Virus record (IMG/VR): IMGVR_UViG_3300025353_000004
Coordinates: 1-52,116 of that record
Direction: 5' to 3' (one strand)
DNA: 52,116 bases
DNA from: a virus
Lineage: Duplodnaviria; Caudoviricetes
The translations under genes were made by a program, and so were the position numbers. Shown here in pieces: positions 8,103 to 18,036 of this stretch. The notes beneath the pieces were generated by a model that was given only the letters and a program-made list of their open reading frames with translations, made no database searches and had not been told where the DNA came from. Within the stretch, counting starts at the first letter, position 1. Each line of letters begins with the position of its first letter.

Positions 8103-9434
8103 TTATTTAAGTTCTTCAATTGCAATGTCTGAAATAGCCCTTTTATCCGCTAAAGCCGCCCAGATACGTTCATCAATCGTTTTATTTGTTAATAGGATAT
8201 AGCACCAAACATCGTGCTTTTGCCCCCCTCTATGCAATCTGCCTATGGTTTGCTCAAACAATTCTAAGCTCCAAGGCAAAGATACAAACACCATCTTGCT
8301 ACCACCATGCTGAAGATTTAAGCCATGCCCAGCGGACTTGGGGTGAATCAATAGCAACTCAATCTTGCCTTCATTCCAACGCTCGATAGCCTTATAGTCA
8401 TTGATTGTCTGGGCATGAGGGTAACGGCGTTTGAGTTCTTCTAGTTCTTCTTTGTAGTTGTAAACAAGCAACGTATTAGCGTGTTGATTCTCTGATAAAA
8501 GATCGTCTAGTGACTCAAATCGGTGATCTGAGAACCATACAGGTGTTTTAACTGAATCAAACTGCCCTGCGGTACTAGAGGGTGTTCGTTCTGTGTGATA
8601 ACAAAAGCCTGATGCCATCTGTTGTAGCTTCTGAGTTACTACAGCCGAATTAGCCGCGATGATCTGTGCTTCTGGAAATTGGTAAACAAAGTCCCTTTTC
8701 ATTTTTTCGTATGGTTCGCGGTCTGGCAAATTGCAACGTATCTCTATTGTGTGCAAGGGTGGGAGCTTATCTTTATATTCGGCTGACTCTAATAAGAAGG
8801 TGGCTGGGCGAATCTTCTGCATCACGGCTTCTAATGCGCCCAGCCGAGGTTGCCAATCGCCAAAGTCACGATTGACACACACAAAGTACTGCTGTAGGAA
8901 CGCGCCTTTGCTCCTACCCAATAGGGTTTGGTCTATTACTTTGCATTGACCAAACACATCTTCTAAACCATTAGACGTAAAAGAGCCTGTTAATCCCCAG
9001 CGAAACTTAAAACGATCAATTACTTTAAGTAGGTGTTTATACCTAGTACCAGAAGGATTTTTGAGTTTGGTTAATTCATCAAATACGATGCCATCAAACC
9101 CTGCTAAATCGGGCAAGGTTTGGATATTGTCGTAATTGGTTACAACGATCTGCGCTTTGGATTTGAAGGCTTCTTGACGTTGTTTAGGCGTTCCTACCGC
9201 TATTGCCATCTTCATCTTGGGAGTCCACTTAGCCAACTCTTGCGCCCATACATCGGTGCAAACCCGTTTAGGCGCAAGAACAAGCCAGCGATTGACATGA
9301 TGGTCGTTATATAGGGCTTGCATAGCTGTAAGGGCAATAGCCGTCTTACCTGCGCCAACGGAAGCAAGGATCATCGCCCTATCGCGCTCGTATAGGAAGT
9401 CAACTGATTGTTCTTGATAATCGCGTAGTTTCAT
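8103..9434 (-). CDS. SNF2-family (SF2) helicase
   Basis: LRDYQ, GAGKT (Walker A), FDE, GLTGS, SAGHGLNLQ and QTIGRLHRGGQ motifs. Confidence 0.92.
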   Translation of the reverse strand: MKLRDYQEQSVDFLYERDRAMILASVGAGKTAIALTAMQALYNDHHVNRWLVLAPKRVCTDVWAQELAKWTPKMKMAIAVGTPKQRQEAFKSKAQIVVTNYDNIQTLPDLAGFDGIVFDELTKLKNPSGTRYKHLLKVIDRFKFRWGLTGSFTSNGLEDVFGQCKVIDQTLLGRSKGAFLQQYFVCVNRDFGDWQPRLGALEAVMQKIRPATFLLESAEYKDKLPPLHTIEIRCNLPDREPYEKMKRDFVYQFPEAQIIAANSAVVTQKLQQMASGFCYHTERTPSSTAGQFDSVKTPVWFSDHRFESLDDLLSENQHANTLLVYNYKEELEELKRRYPHAQTINDYKAIERWNEGKIELLLIHPKSAGHGLNLQHGGSKMVFVSLPWSLELFEQTIGRLHRGGQKHDVWCYILLTNKTIDERIWAALADKRAISDIAIEELK

Positions 9435-9733
9435 AGCTTTATACCTGCCGCCCATTCATTAATGGCTTCGGCTGTGTTTAGCAACACATATTGTTGCTTT
9501 AACGCAACCATTGATTCTGCAAATAATTCTTGCATAGGGGATACAACCCCACCTTTAGGACGCTTCAATTCCACAAACCACGTTTCGCCATTGGGTAAGC
9601 AAGCAATACGATCTGCTACCCCACGTTGCGTAGTTGTCTTAAACTTAAAGGTTCTACCGCCCATTATTTCCACCTGCCAGATAAAGTAATTTTCAATTTC
9701 ATGTTCTTTTAATGCTTTTGTTTTTCTTGTCAT
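9431..9733 (-). CDS. VRR-NUC domain nuclease
   Basis: E..IE, GVADRI, WFVELKRP and SPMQ motifs. Confidence 0.88.
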   Translation of the reverse strand: MTRKTKALKEHEIENYFIWQVEIMGGRTFKFKTTTQRGVADRIACLPNGETWFVELKRPKGGVVSPMQELFAESMVALKQQYVLLNTAEAINEWAAGIKL

Positions 9734-9822
9734 GTTGTAAATATATCATAAAATCTGTTGCGCTATCAATTTTATTGTGTATACTGGAAGTTCTAAAGGT
9801 AATCTAATTTAAAAGGACACAC

Positions 9823-10947
9823 ATGGCAAAGCACTCAAGTATCGTAGGCGGATCAACCGCTAAACGTGTTATCAATTGCCCCGCATCAGTCGCTCTTGTA
9901 GCAAAGATGCCACCAAAACCTTCTTCCAAATATGCTGATGAAGGTACGTTATGTCATAACGCTATTGCTGAGATTTTAGATAAAGGCGTTACGCCTGAAT
10001 CTTTACTTGGAATGAAGTACAAAAAGCATACTCTTACACAAGCACTCTTAGACGCCAAAATTTACCCTGCGTTAAAACTTTTAAGTGAAGTTGATCCTGA
10101 TGGTGAAATGGAATTCATGGTTGAAACGGAGATTGATTTTGGTAACCATTTGCCGGGCGCTTTTGGTTCTGCCGATGTATTAGGAAAACTACCTAAAAAA
10201 GCGATTGTGCTTGATTGGAAGTTTGGATCAGGCGTAATTGTTGAAGCAGAAGAAAACGATCAAGGTATGTTTTATGGTCGTGCGGCTATGCACACAGAAA
10301 AAGCCAAATGGATTTTTGAGGATATAGAAGAAGTAGAAATTATCATTATTCAACCTCCTGAAATCCGCCGTTGGACAACAACTGTAGCGCGGTTAGAACA
10401 ATTTGAACGTGATCTTGTAGCCGCTGTCAAAGATTCCACACGCGCTGATGCAATGATGGCTTCAGGCGATCATTGTCGTTGGTGTGCCGCCAAGCCTATT
10501 TGCCCTTTAATGACAGGCGCAGTAGATCGGGCTACACAATTAGCGTTAAAAGATTTAAATCCATCGCAGATTGCAACCTATTTATCTCAGGCAGATATGT
10601 TAGAAGAATGGGTAAAAGATTTACGCGAGTTAGCTCATCAAATGCTTGAAGCTGATGTTAATGTGCCGGGTTATAAGTTAGTAGCTAAGAGAGCAATACG
10701 TCAATGGGAAAATGATAATGTAGCGCTTACAGCACTTACAACTCTAGGTGTACAGCCTTATAAACCACCTGAATTAATTTCACCAGCACAAGCAGAAAAA
10801 TTGCTTGGTAAAAGTAATAAAGCAGTATTAGATGATTTAGTAGTCGCTGTAAGTAGTGGTAGTACGTTGGTAGCAGAGAATGATCCGCGCCCAGCGGTTT
10901 TAAACATCGGGAGGCAACTTACCGCCGCCCTTAATAAACTAAACTAA
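9823..10947 (+). CDS. PD-(D/E)XK Cas4-like exonuclease (DUF2800-like)
   Basis: CPAS, EGT.CH, GSAD, VLDWKFG and C-terminal HCRWC...C motifs. Confidence 0.85.
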   Translation: MAKHSSIVGGSTAKRVINCPASVALVAKMPPKPSSKYADEGTLCHNAIAEILDKGVTPESLLGMKYKKHTLTQALLDAKIYPALKLLSEVDPDGEMEFMVETEIDFGNHLPGAFGSADVLGKLPKKAIVLDWKFGSGVIVEAEENDQGMFYGRAAMHTEKAKWIFEDIEEVEIIIIQPPEIRRWTTTVARLEQFERDLVAAVKDSTRADAMMASGDHCRWCAAKPICPLMTGAVDRATQLALKDLNPSQIATYLSQADMLEEWVKDLRELAHQMLEADVNVPGYKLVAKRAIRQWENDNVALTALTTLGVQPYKPPELISPAQAEKLLGKSNKAVLDDLVVAVSSGSTLVAENDPRPAVLNIGRQLTAALNKLN

Positions 10948-10956
10948 GGAAATATC

Positions 10957-11622
10957 ATGTCAAACTTGACAACTTTTAAATCAGCAGGACTCCCAGCAGT
11001 AAAAGATTTAGCTAATGCGCTTAAATCAAACCTTCCTAAACTTGCCGAAGTCGGTAGTGTCATTATCAAAATGGACAAAACCGGTCATTGGGTGTTTGGC
11101 GCAGATCAAACCGAAGTAGAAGATGGCTCGCAATGGGCGGTTAATCCTTTCAGCTTTATTCATGGTTTTATTGCATGGGGTGATGGTGAGCCTTTAGGTG
11201 AAAAAATGGTAGGCATTAGCCAACCATTGCCTGAGCTAGATGTAGCCCCAGCCGGAGCTAAACGCGGTTGGGAAACACAAGTCGGCTTATCTATAAAATG
11301 TATATCAGGTGAAGAGGAAGGGCTAGAAGCGCGCTTTACTACAACTTCTGTTGGTGGTAAACGTGCCGTTCAAACTTTAGGCGCTTTAATTGCGACTCAA
11401 ATTGATGCAGACCCTACTAAGCCTGTAGCTATTGTGAGCTTGGGATCAGAACACTATTCCCATAAATCTTATGGTCGTATCTATACACCTATCTTTACTG
11501 TAACTGATTGGTTAGATATGAACGCTGAAGAAGCTAAAGCACCTGAGTTGGAGCTTGATGAGCCACCAATGGTTGACGAAGTAGAAGCAGTAGCGCCAAC
11601 GCGCCGCCGTAGAGCAGTTTAA
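10957..11622 (+). CDS. Putative ssDNA-binding protein
   Basis: Lies between the nuclease and polymerase; YSHKSYGRIYTP motif; acidic C-terminal tail. Confidence 0.65.
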   Translation: MSNLTTFKSAGLPAVKDLANALKSNLPKLAEVGSVIIKMDKTGHWVFGADQTEVEDGSQWAVNPFSFIHGFIAWGDGEPLGEKMVGISQPLPELDVAPAGAKRGWETQVGLSIKCISGEEEGLEARFTTTSVGGKRAVQTLGALIATQIDADPTKPVAIVSLGSEHYSHKSYGRIYTPIFTVTDWLDMNAEEAKAPELELDEPPMVDEVEAVAPTRRRRAV

Positions 11623-11628
11623 GTAATA

Positions 11629-11697
11629 TGGGGTTAGTTCGACACTATTCAGCTTGATTACACGAAGTGGAAAGACTAAAAAGACTTACTGACCCCA
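11629..11697 (+). ncRNA. Candidate structured small RNA
   Basis: Intergenic; 10-bp closing stem UGGGGUUAGU/ACUGACCCCA and an inner CAC..UUC/GAAGUG stem. Confidence 0.35.
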
Positions 11698-11719
11698 CCT
11701 AATTTACTAGAGGAATAAT

Positions 11720-11923
11720 ATGAATCACAAAGATCAAATAGTTTTATCTCCTGATGCTCGTAAAGCAATAGCTCAAGTAAAAATGGAGATGGTTAAAGCC
11801 GCGCAGGTAAACATTAGAAATATATTCCCCGGGCTTGGGGCTAAGAGTGCAAAGATTCACCATACCAAGAACGGATCTAGTACCAAAAAAGGGTCTGGGC
11901 GTAAACATCAACAGGGTAAGTGA
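11720..11923 (+). CDS. Small basic hypothetical protein
   Basis: GAGG RBS; 67 aa. Confidence 0.6.
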   Translation: MNHKDQIVLSPDARKAIAQVKMEMVKAAQVNIRNIFPGLGAKSAKIHHTKNGSSTKKGSGRKHQQGK

Positions 11924-12042
11924 TATAATGAGCTATGTGCTTGGCGGCGCAATATAGGTAAGCCCTAATCTGCAATCTGCTCGAACCTATCGAGTCCGCC
12001 AACGTCCGATCCAAAGGACGAGATTGCAGTTTAGGGCTTTTT
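11921..12042 (+). ncRNA. c4/CI-antisense-like structured leader with extended -10 promoter and U-tract
   Basis: TG-A-TATAAT; hairpin with UUGGCG loop; 18-bp stem closing two hairpins around an exposed complementary CCGCCAA; followed by a T run. Confidence 0.6.
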
Positions 12043-12055
12043 GCTTGGAGTTTGT

Positions 12056-12442
12056 ATGAAAGAAATTTGGAAAGATGTGCCAGGGTATGAAGGTAAATAT
12101 CAAGTTAGTAGTTTTGGTAACGTAAAATCTTTTGTAAAAAATAAAGAAGGCAAACTTCTTAAACCGGGTCGTATGTCCAGCGGTCATTTATCTGTGGCTT
12201 TTGGAAGAGGAAATTCAATTTGTGTTCACACGTTAGTTCTATCAACTTTTGTTGGGGGTGCGCCTAAACGCCATGAATGTCGTCATTTAAACGGAAATCC
12301 AGCCGATAACAGGTTAGAAAATCTTAAATGGGGAACTAGGACTGAAAATATTTTAGATGCGGTATCTCATGGAACTTGGATGACTGTTGAAAGAGTTAAT
12401 GCTTTAAATAAAGGTCGCAACACTAGGTGGGGAAACAAATGA
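12056..12442 (+). CDS. NUMOD4-HNH homing endonuclease
   Basis: EIWKDVPGYEGKYQVSSFGNVKS (NUMOD4); RHLNGNPADNRLENL (HNH). Confidence 0.9.
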   Translation: MKEIWKDVPGYEGKYQVSSFGNVKSFVKNKEGKLLKPGRMSSGHLSVAFGRGNSICVHTLVLSTFVGGAPKRHECRHLNGNPADNRLENLKWGTRTENILDAVSHGTWMTVERVNALNKGRNTRWGNK

Positions 12443-14403
12443 GTATTTTGTGGTGCGATTTTGAAACAAAGTCCCGTTGCAATCTGTTAACGCGTGGCGT
12501 GTATAACTACGCGCAAGATAGTTCAACCGAAGTGTTGTGTATGTCTTATGCGTTTGGTGATGCTGATGTTGTAACGTGGACTCCTGACCAACCCTTTCCT
12601 GATGCAGTACGCAATCACAAGGGAATGATCTATGCTCACAATGCCGCCTTTGAACGGCTGATCTTTTGGTATGTATTGCAAATCAATTTTGATTTAGAGC
12701 AATTCTATTGCACCGCTACTCAGGCTAGGGCTAATTGCGCGCCCGGCTCTCTTGAAGATGTAGGGCGTTTCGCAGGGGCGTCTATGCGAAAAGATTTTAG
12801 AGGTTCACAATTAGTAAGAGCTTTATGTATTCCGCAACCTGACGGCAAGTTCAATGACGATCCCATACTTATGAAAGAAATGGTCGAATACTGCGAACAA
12901 GACGTCAGGGTTATGCGGAATATTAGCGGGGCGATGCGCCCGCTATCTAGCGAGGAACAACTCGACTATTGGGTTAATGAGCGCATTAATGATCGAGGCG
13001 TATTGGTGGATGTGCCACTTGCACAAGCCGCGATGCTCTATTCCGAAGAAGAAATCCTTGAAGTTCAAAAGCTGGTAGTAGAGATTACTGAAGGTGAGAT
13101 CACCTCAGTACGCTCGCCCAAGATGCGCGAGTGGGTGCAATCCAGAGTAGGTGATGAAGCTTTAAAGCTAATGGAGTCATATAAAGAAGGACGTAAAAAG
13201 TATTCCATTGATAAGAATGTGCGTAACTCTTTACTTATCTTTGCTGATGAGAATCCCGATCAAGTGCCACCTCATGTTGCGGATGTAATTCAATGTGCTG
13301 ATGATTTATGGGCATCCTCAGTAGCTAAGTTCCAACGCATGGTGAACTTAGCTGATGAAGAAGATCACAGAGTCCGAGGCGCGTTTATGTTTAATGGTGG
13401 TAGCGCTACAGGTAGGGCGTCTAGCATGGGGCTACAAGTTCACAATTTCACCCGCAAATGCGCCAAACATCCTGAGCAAGTGCGTAACGATATGGTAAAG
13501 GGTAGCGATATTGTGCCGCAACATGGTAAACGCGTAACCGATGTACTTAAAGGAATGTTACGCCCTGCAATTATTCCTGCTAAGGGTAAATACCTAGTCG
13601 TAGCAGATTGGGCAGGTATTGAAGCCCGTTGCAATCCTTGGTTATCTAACAAACCGCAAGCTGAAGAAGTACTTGATGTATTTAGAGCAGGGAAAGACAT
13701 TTATATCCGCGAAGCCGCAGGGATTTTTCGTTGCGATGAGGCTGAAGTTACGCCTGATCGTAGACAGCTAGGGAAAGTTGCTATTCTTGCTTGCGGCTAT
13801 GGTGGCGGCATTGGGGCTTTTGCGGCTATGGGTCGCAACTACGGCGTTATTCTTCCTGAGTCTGATGCTCGTAAGACTGTTGATGCTTGGCGTAGAGCTA
13901 ATCAATGGGCTGTTCAATATTGGCAAGAACTAGAAACGGCGTACACCAGAGCCATGCGAAACATAGGGCATGAGTTTAGTGCTGGGCGCGTAACGTATTT
14001 ATTTGATGGCTTGCACCTTTGGTATGCTTTACCCAGCGGCAGAGTGCTATGCTATCCCTATGCCAGACTAGATCAGGAGGGGGTAACTTACGCTAAAGCC
14101 GCGTGGAAACCCGCCGCCCTCGATACTGAATGGGCTAGAGCTAGACTCTGGAAAGGGTTGGCTTGCGAAAATATTACTCAGGCTGTTGCTAATGACATAT
14201 TGCGTAATTCTTTACGATTTTGCAACGAAGAAAAATTAGATGTAATATTGCATTGTCACGATGAAATAGTGGTAGAATGTGACATAAATGATGCGGAGCA
14301 AGTAAAAAATAGATTAAATGAAATTATGTGCGCTGCACCTGTTTGGGGGAAAGAGTTGCCCTTAGATGTTGAAATAAAAATAATGCAAAGGTACGGCAAA
14401 TGA
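12439..14403 (+). CDS. polA: DNA polymerase family A with 3'-5' exonuclease
   Basis: DFET and AHNAAFE exonuclease motifs; motif A DWAGIEAR, motif B RQLGKVAILACGYG, motif C HDE. Confidence 0.95.
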   Translation: MSILWCDFETKSRCNLLTRGVYNYAQDSSTEVLCMSYAFGDADVVTWTPDQPFPDAVRNHKGMIYAHNAAFERLIFWYVLQINFDLEQFYCTATQARANCAPGSLEDVGRFAGASMRKDFRGSQLVRALCIPQPDGKFNDDPILMKEMVEYCEQDVRVMRNISGAMRPLSSEEQLDYWVNERINDRGVLVDVPLAQAAMLYSEEEILEVQKLVVEITEGEITSVRSPKMREWVQSRVGDEALKLMESYKEGRKKYSIDKNVRNSLLIFADENPDQVPPHVADVIQCADDLWASSVAKFQRMVNLADEEDHRVRGAFMFNGGSATGRASSMGLQVHNFTRKCAKHPEQVRNDMVKGSDIVPQHGKRVTDVLKGMLRPAIIPAKGKYLVVADWAGIEARCNPWLSNKPQAEEVLDVFRAGKDIYIREAAGIFRCDEAEVTPDRRQLGKVAILACGYGGGIGAFAAMGRNYGVILPESDARKTVDAWRRANQWAVQYWQELETAYTRAMRNIGHEFSAGRVTYLFDGLHLWYALPSGRVLCYPYARLDQEGVTYAKAAWKPAALDTEWARARLWKGLACENITQAVANDILRNSLRFCNEEKLDVILHCHDEIVVECDINDAEQVKNRLNEIMCAAPVWGKELPLDVEIKIMQRYGK

Positions 14404-14891
14404 AATGGAAAACTATTCCTGAGTGGGATCGATATGAAGTAAGCGAATTTGGGGATGTTCGATCTAAAGACATGAAAGTCGGCGCAAAAGGCGGTAAAAC
14501 GGCTTTGCGAAAAGGTAAAAATTTGGCTTTAGTTACTAAAAATAATGGTTATGTCTGTGTTACGTTAACAAACGGAACAGCGCGTCCTCAAATTGGGGTA
14601 CATCGCTTAGTAGCTAGGGCTTTTTTAGGTGAATGTCCTATTGGGTTACACGTTCTACATTGGGATGGGAATAAATGCAATAACCATTATTCAAATTTAA
14701 GATATGGTACACCCGCTGAAAATGTAAATGATGAGCGTAGAATGAATAAAGAAGGCAGAATATTAAATCGCAATGCAGTTATAGAGATACGAAAAAAGAA
14801 TATGTCCGCTCCTAATCTAGCAAAACAGTTTGGCGTATCTGTCCATACAATTCACGGCGTTTGGTATAAACACTCATGGAAACACGTCTGA
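14400..14891 (+). CDS. NUMOD4-HNH homing endonuclease
   Basis: WKTIPEW..YEVSEFGDVRS, VHRLVARAF, HWDGNKCNN..NL; HTH-like C-terminus. Confidence 0.9.
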   Translation: MKWKTIPEWDRYEVSEFGDVRSKDMKVGAKGGKTALRKGKNLALVTKNNGYVCVTLTNGTARPQIGVHRLVARAFLGECPIGLHVLHWDGNKCNNHYSNLRYGTPAENVNDERRMNKEGRILNRNAVIEIRKKNMSAPNLAKQFGVSVHTIHGVWYKHSWKHV

Positions 14892-14913
14892 AAAGTAGTA
14901 AACTAATAAACCA

Positions 14914-14947
14914 AAAGCCTAAACCCTCGTAAAAAGGTTTAGGCTTT
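14914..14947. promoter_or_regulatory. 12-bp inverted repeat upstream of primase
   Basis: AAAGCCTAAACC-N10-GGTTTAGGCTTT. Confidence 0.5.
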
Positions 14948-14978
14948 CTAACCAATAATCAAGCTAGAGGACAAGATA

Positions 14979-17330
14979 ATGGCTGAAAAAATTATATCAC
15001 CAAACGAATTCATTGACTTTTTAGCAAAACTACCTGCTGAGGGTGAAACTCTTTTGGTGGTTAAGCAAAAACCTGTCATGTCCAATGGTGAACACGCTTT
15101 GCATGGCGACGGGACACCAAAATATACTTGGATTCCGATGTTGCCTGAACGCTACAAGCCTAATGGTTCTCATTACGTTAATACTGGCAGTTTTATTATC
15201 AATCGTTTTAAAGACGGCAAAATGTCGGCTTCTAATGCCAATTGTGAACACACTTTATTTCTGATGTTAGATGATATTGGCACTAAATCTAAAGTGCCAC
15301 CATTAGAGCCAACTTGGAAGCTGGAAACATCGCCGGGTAATCAACAATGGGGCTATGTTTTTGACTTCGATCACCAGCCTACTAAGGGTGAATTCACCGC
15401 CGCTATTAAAGCGATTGCCGCGGCGGGCTATACCGATGGCGGCGCTACTAATGCGGTGCGTAATGTCAGAGTACCCGGTTCTGTTAACTTAAAAGAAGGT
15501 AAAAATTTCTTTGAAGCAAAACTTTTAGAGTTCCATGTGGATCGTGAGTTTAATCTTGACCAAATCTGTAAAGCTTTAGGGGTAAACCCTGAGCAAGCCG
15601 ATACTGCTTTTGTTCGCCCTATCTCTTTAATAGATGATGGGGACGACGACATACTTCAATGGCTTGACGATAACAATCTCATTCTTGAAGAAGGTAATCA
15701 ATCTGGTTGGTATGGGGTAGTTTGCCCGAACTCCGCCGAGCATAGCGATGGCAATCCAATGGGGCGCTATCACCCTCTCAATCGAGCTTACTGCTGTTGG
15801 CATGAGCATTGCCAAGACTTCGGTTCTAAAGCATTTCTATCTTGGGCGGCTGATAACGGCGCGCCTAGACATGAACCCGGTGTGCGGTCTGAACTATTAT
15901 CTAGCGCGCTTTCAATAGCGCTCAAAAAGATTGAGCCTTTTAATCTATTCACAGTTACGCCCGAAGATCAGCTTGCCGAGATCGAGCGTAAAGAGTTGGG
16001 TAGGCTAGAAAAGGAAGATTGGTATGACAGATTCGCCTATGTTCAGTCCGATGATTCTTACTTCGATTTGCTTGCGCGTAACGATATTTCCCGTGGCACT
16101 TTCAATGCGCTTTATCGCCATATCTCTTGCAAGTCTATCCATAATGGGCGCAAGCTTGAAGCGGCTAATTGCTATGATGAGAATCGCGTAGCTCACAATG
16201 CTGTTGCTTTGAGAGGTTTAACCTACGCCGCCGGTGATAGCGCCTTAGTGTCTAGCATGGGTGAATTGCATGGTAATCGGTGGGTTAATGCTCGCCCTGT
16301 TATCCGTTCAAAGGGTGGCAATATTAGCCTTTGGCTTAACCATTGCCATACGCTTGTACCAAACCAAAAGGAACTCGATCACCTTTGGGATATTATGGCG
16401 TTCAAACTCCAAAACCCAAAGATTAAGATCAATCATGCCGTTCTGCACGTTGGCGATGAGGGTTGCGGCAAGGATTTAATGTGGATGCCTTTTGTATGGT
16501 CAGTCTGTGGTGCAGATTCCAAGAATCTTTGCGTAGTTGATAGTGATAAACTTCAGTCCCAGTTCACTTACCATTTAGAGTCAGAGATATTGATTCTCAA
16601 TGAATTAAAAGAACCAGATTCAGCTACCCGTAGAGCATTAGCTAACAAGCTAAAGCCTATCATTGCCGCCCCGCCAGATATGCTGGACATTAATCGTAAA
16701 GGCAAAGATCCATACAAAATGGCTAACAGGCTATTCGTATTGGCTTTTTCCAATGAGCAGATTCCTATCTCTTTATCTTCCCAAGATCGGCGCTGGTTCT
16801 GCATTAGTTCTGAAGCGCAAGCGATGGAAAAGATTAGGGTAGGCTCAGGTCTTGAGCTATACAACTGGTATAGGGCAGGGAACTTTGAACATATTGCTAG
16901 TTGGCTTTACGCCCGTGATGTATCTAAATTCAACCCCGGCTCTGCCCCCGAAATGACTGAATTTAAGATGAATCTTTTAGAGTCAGGCATGAGTAGCCTA
17001 GAGTCCACCATTGTTGAAATGATTAAATCTCGTACAGGTGACTTTGCGCGCGGTGCGATTGGTAGCCCCTTGCATCCTATCTGTGATCGTATTGCTGATT
17101 TGATGGGCATGGGGCGTAATAAAGTACCCCAAAGCGCTTTGCTTCATGCGCTTAAAGAAGCAGGTTGGATTGATTGTGGTAGGCTGGGCGCGGCAGATAC
17201 TAGCAATAAGAAGCGGGTGTTTGCGTCACCAGATGCGGTGCGTAGCTTTAGTAAATCTGAATTACGGCGTATGATTGAGCTACCACCTGAGCCAAAAGCT
17301 GTGGTGTTAGACATGAAGCGGAGCGCATGA
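14979..17330 (+). CDS. Primase-helicase (RepB-like primase, Zn finger, SF3/DUF5906-like NTPase)
   Basis: LDD, ETSPGNQQWGY, RVPGSVN; CP..H..C.H.HC; Walker A GDEGCGKD; ILNE. Confidence 0.88.
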   Translation: MAEKIISPNEFIDFLAKLPAEGETLLVVKQKPVMSNGEHALHGDGTPKYTWIPMLPERYKPNGSHYVNTGSFIINRFKDGKMSASNANCEHTLFLMLDDIGTKSKVPPLEPTWKLETSPGNQQWGYVFDFDHQPTKGEFTAAIKAIAAAGYTDGGATNAVRNVRVPGSVNLKEGKNFFEAKLLEFHVDREFNLDQICKALGVNPEQADTAFVRPISLIDDGDDDILQWLDDNNLILEEGNQSGWYGVVCPNSAEHSDGNPMGRYHPLNRAYCCWHEHCQDFGSKAFLSWAADNGAPRHEPGVRSELLSSALSIALKKIEPFNLFTVTPEDQLAEIERKELGRLEKEDWYDRFAYVQSDDSYFDLLARNDISRGTFNALYRHISCKSIHNGRKLEAANCYDENRVAHNAVALRGLTYAAGDSALVSSMGELHGNRWVNARPVIRSKGGNISLWLNHCHTLVPNQKELDHLWDIMAFKLQNPKIKINHAVLHVGDEGCGKDLMWMPFVWSVCGADSKNLCVVDSDKLQSQFTYHLESEILILNELKEPDSATRRALANKLKPIIAAPPDMLDINRKGKDPYKMANRLFVLAFSNEQIPISLSSQDRRWFCISSEAQAMEKIRVGSGLELYNWYRAGNFEHIASWLYARDVSKFNPGSAPEMTEFKMNLLESGMSSLESTIVEMIKSRTGDFARGAIGSPLHPICDRIADLMGMGRNKVPQSALLHALKEAGWIDCGRLGAADTSNKKRVFASPDAVRSFSKSELRRMIELPPEPKAVVLDMKRSA

Positions 17331-17749
17331 TGTTTTATACCTATATCCATCGTTATCAAGATACGGGGCAAGTGTTTTATGTCGGTATGAGCAAAAATAA
17401 ATCACGCATGACTAGCAAACAACGCCTCCACCAACCTCATTGGTACGCCGCTATTGAAAATAAAGAATGGTTTGCTGAAGCTGTAGCTAATTGGAACACT
17501 AAAGAAGAAGCTGAAAGCCATGAGCAATTGCTAATAGCTTGCTTTAAAGATATGAAACACCCTATCATCAATTTAACCAAAGGTGGGGCAGGGCGCACAG
17601 GCTTTAAATGGACAGCACAAGAACATGAAAAACAATTGGTAAATCAACAAGAACGCGGGCGTAAAGGCGGCTTAATATCTTCAGAAGCAAAGCGCATCAG
17701 CAGTAAACTCAATGGTAAACTAGGTGGTAGACCGAAACGCTTGGGCTAG
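17327..17749 (+). CDS. GIY-YIG-like homing endonuclease
   Basis: FYTYIH...VFYVG, E..LI and NLTKGG motifs; C-terminal NGKLGGRP. Confidence 0.75.
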   Translation: MMFYTYIHRYQDTGQVFYVGMSKNKSRMTSKQRLHQPHWYAAIENKEWFAEAVANWNTKEEAESHEQLLIACFKDMKHPIINLTKGGAGRTGFKWTAQEHEKQLVNQQERGRKGGLISSEAKRISSKLNGKLGGRPKRLG

Positions 17750-17794
17750 AATACACCCCCAAACGCTTGGGCTGAATATTTTATGGAGTTAAAT

Positions 17795-17956
17795 ATGAAC
17801 AAACCAATCAAAAACGATTCAGGCGCAATTAAATACACCAACTTATCTTCGGCTGGTAAAGCAATGGGATCAAAAGGCGGTAAATCTAACTCAGAAGCTA
17901 AAGTACGCGCCGCCAGAGAAAACGGCAAACAGGGTGGCGGGCATACCCCAAAATAA
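17795..17956 (+). CDS. 53-aa KGG/SEAK-type small basic protein (not in ORF track)
   Basis: GGAG RBS; MNKPIKNDSGAIKYTNLSSAGKAMGSKGGKSNSEAKVRAARENGKQGGGHTPK. Confidence 0.65.
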   Translation: MNKPIKNDSGAIKYTNLSSAGKAMGSKGGKSNSEAKVRAARENGKQGGGHTPK

Positions 17957-17967
17957 TATTCCTCTTA

Positions 17968-18036
17968 GGGGCAAAAGCGGATGCTGACCAGTTAGCTGAA
18001 ATGCAAAGGCAGACGTAGCGAGTAGCCCCGCCTTTT
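17968..18036 (+). ncRNA. Candidate structured RNA or complex terminator
   Basis: GGGGC...GCCCC closing stem, inner CUG/CAG pairing, AGUA internal loop, and a downstream T-tract. Confidence 0.35.

Noticed and set aside
12056-14891. Group I introns or inteins around polA
   Set aside because: PolA is continuous with all motifs; the HNH genes are free-standing and coupled by ATGA overlaps.
17968-18032. tRNA gene or hammerhead ribozyme
   Set aside because: No TTCRA T-loop or cloverleaf; CUGACCA does not fit the CUGANGA core. No tRNA was recognised anywhere in the window.
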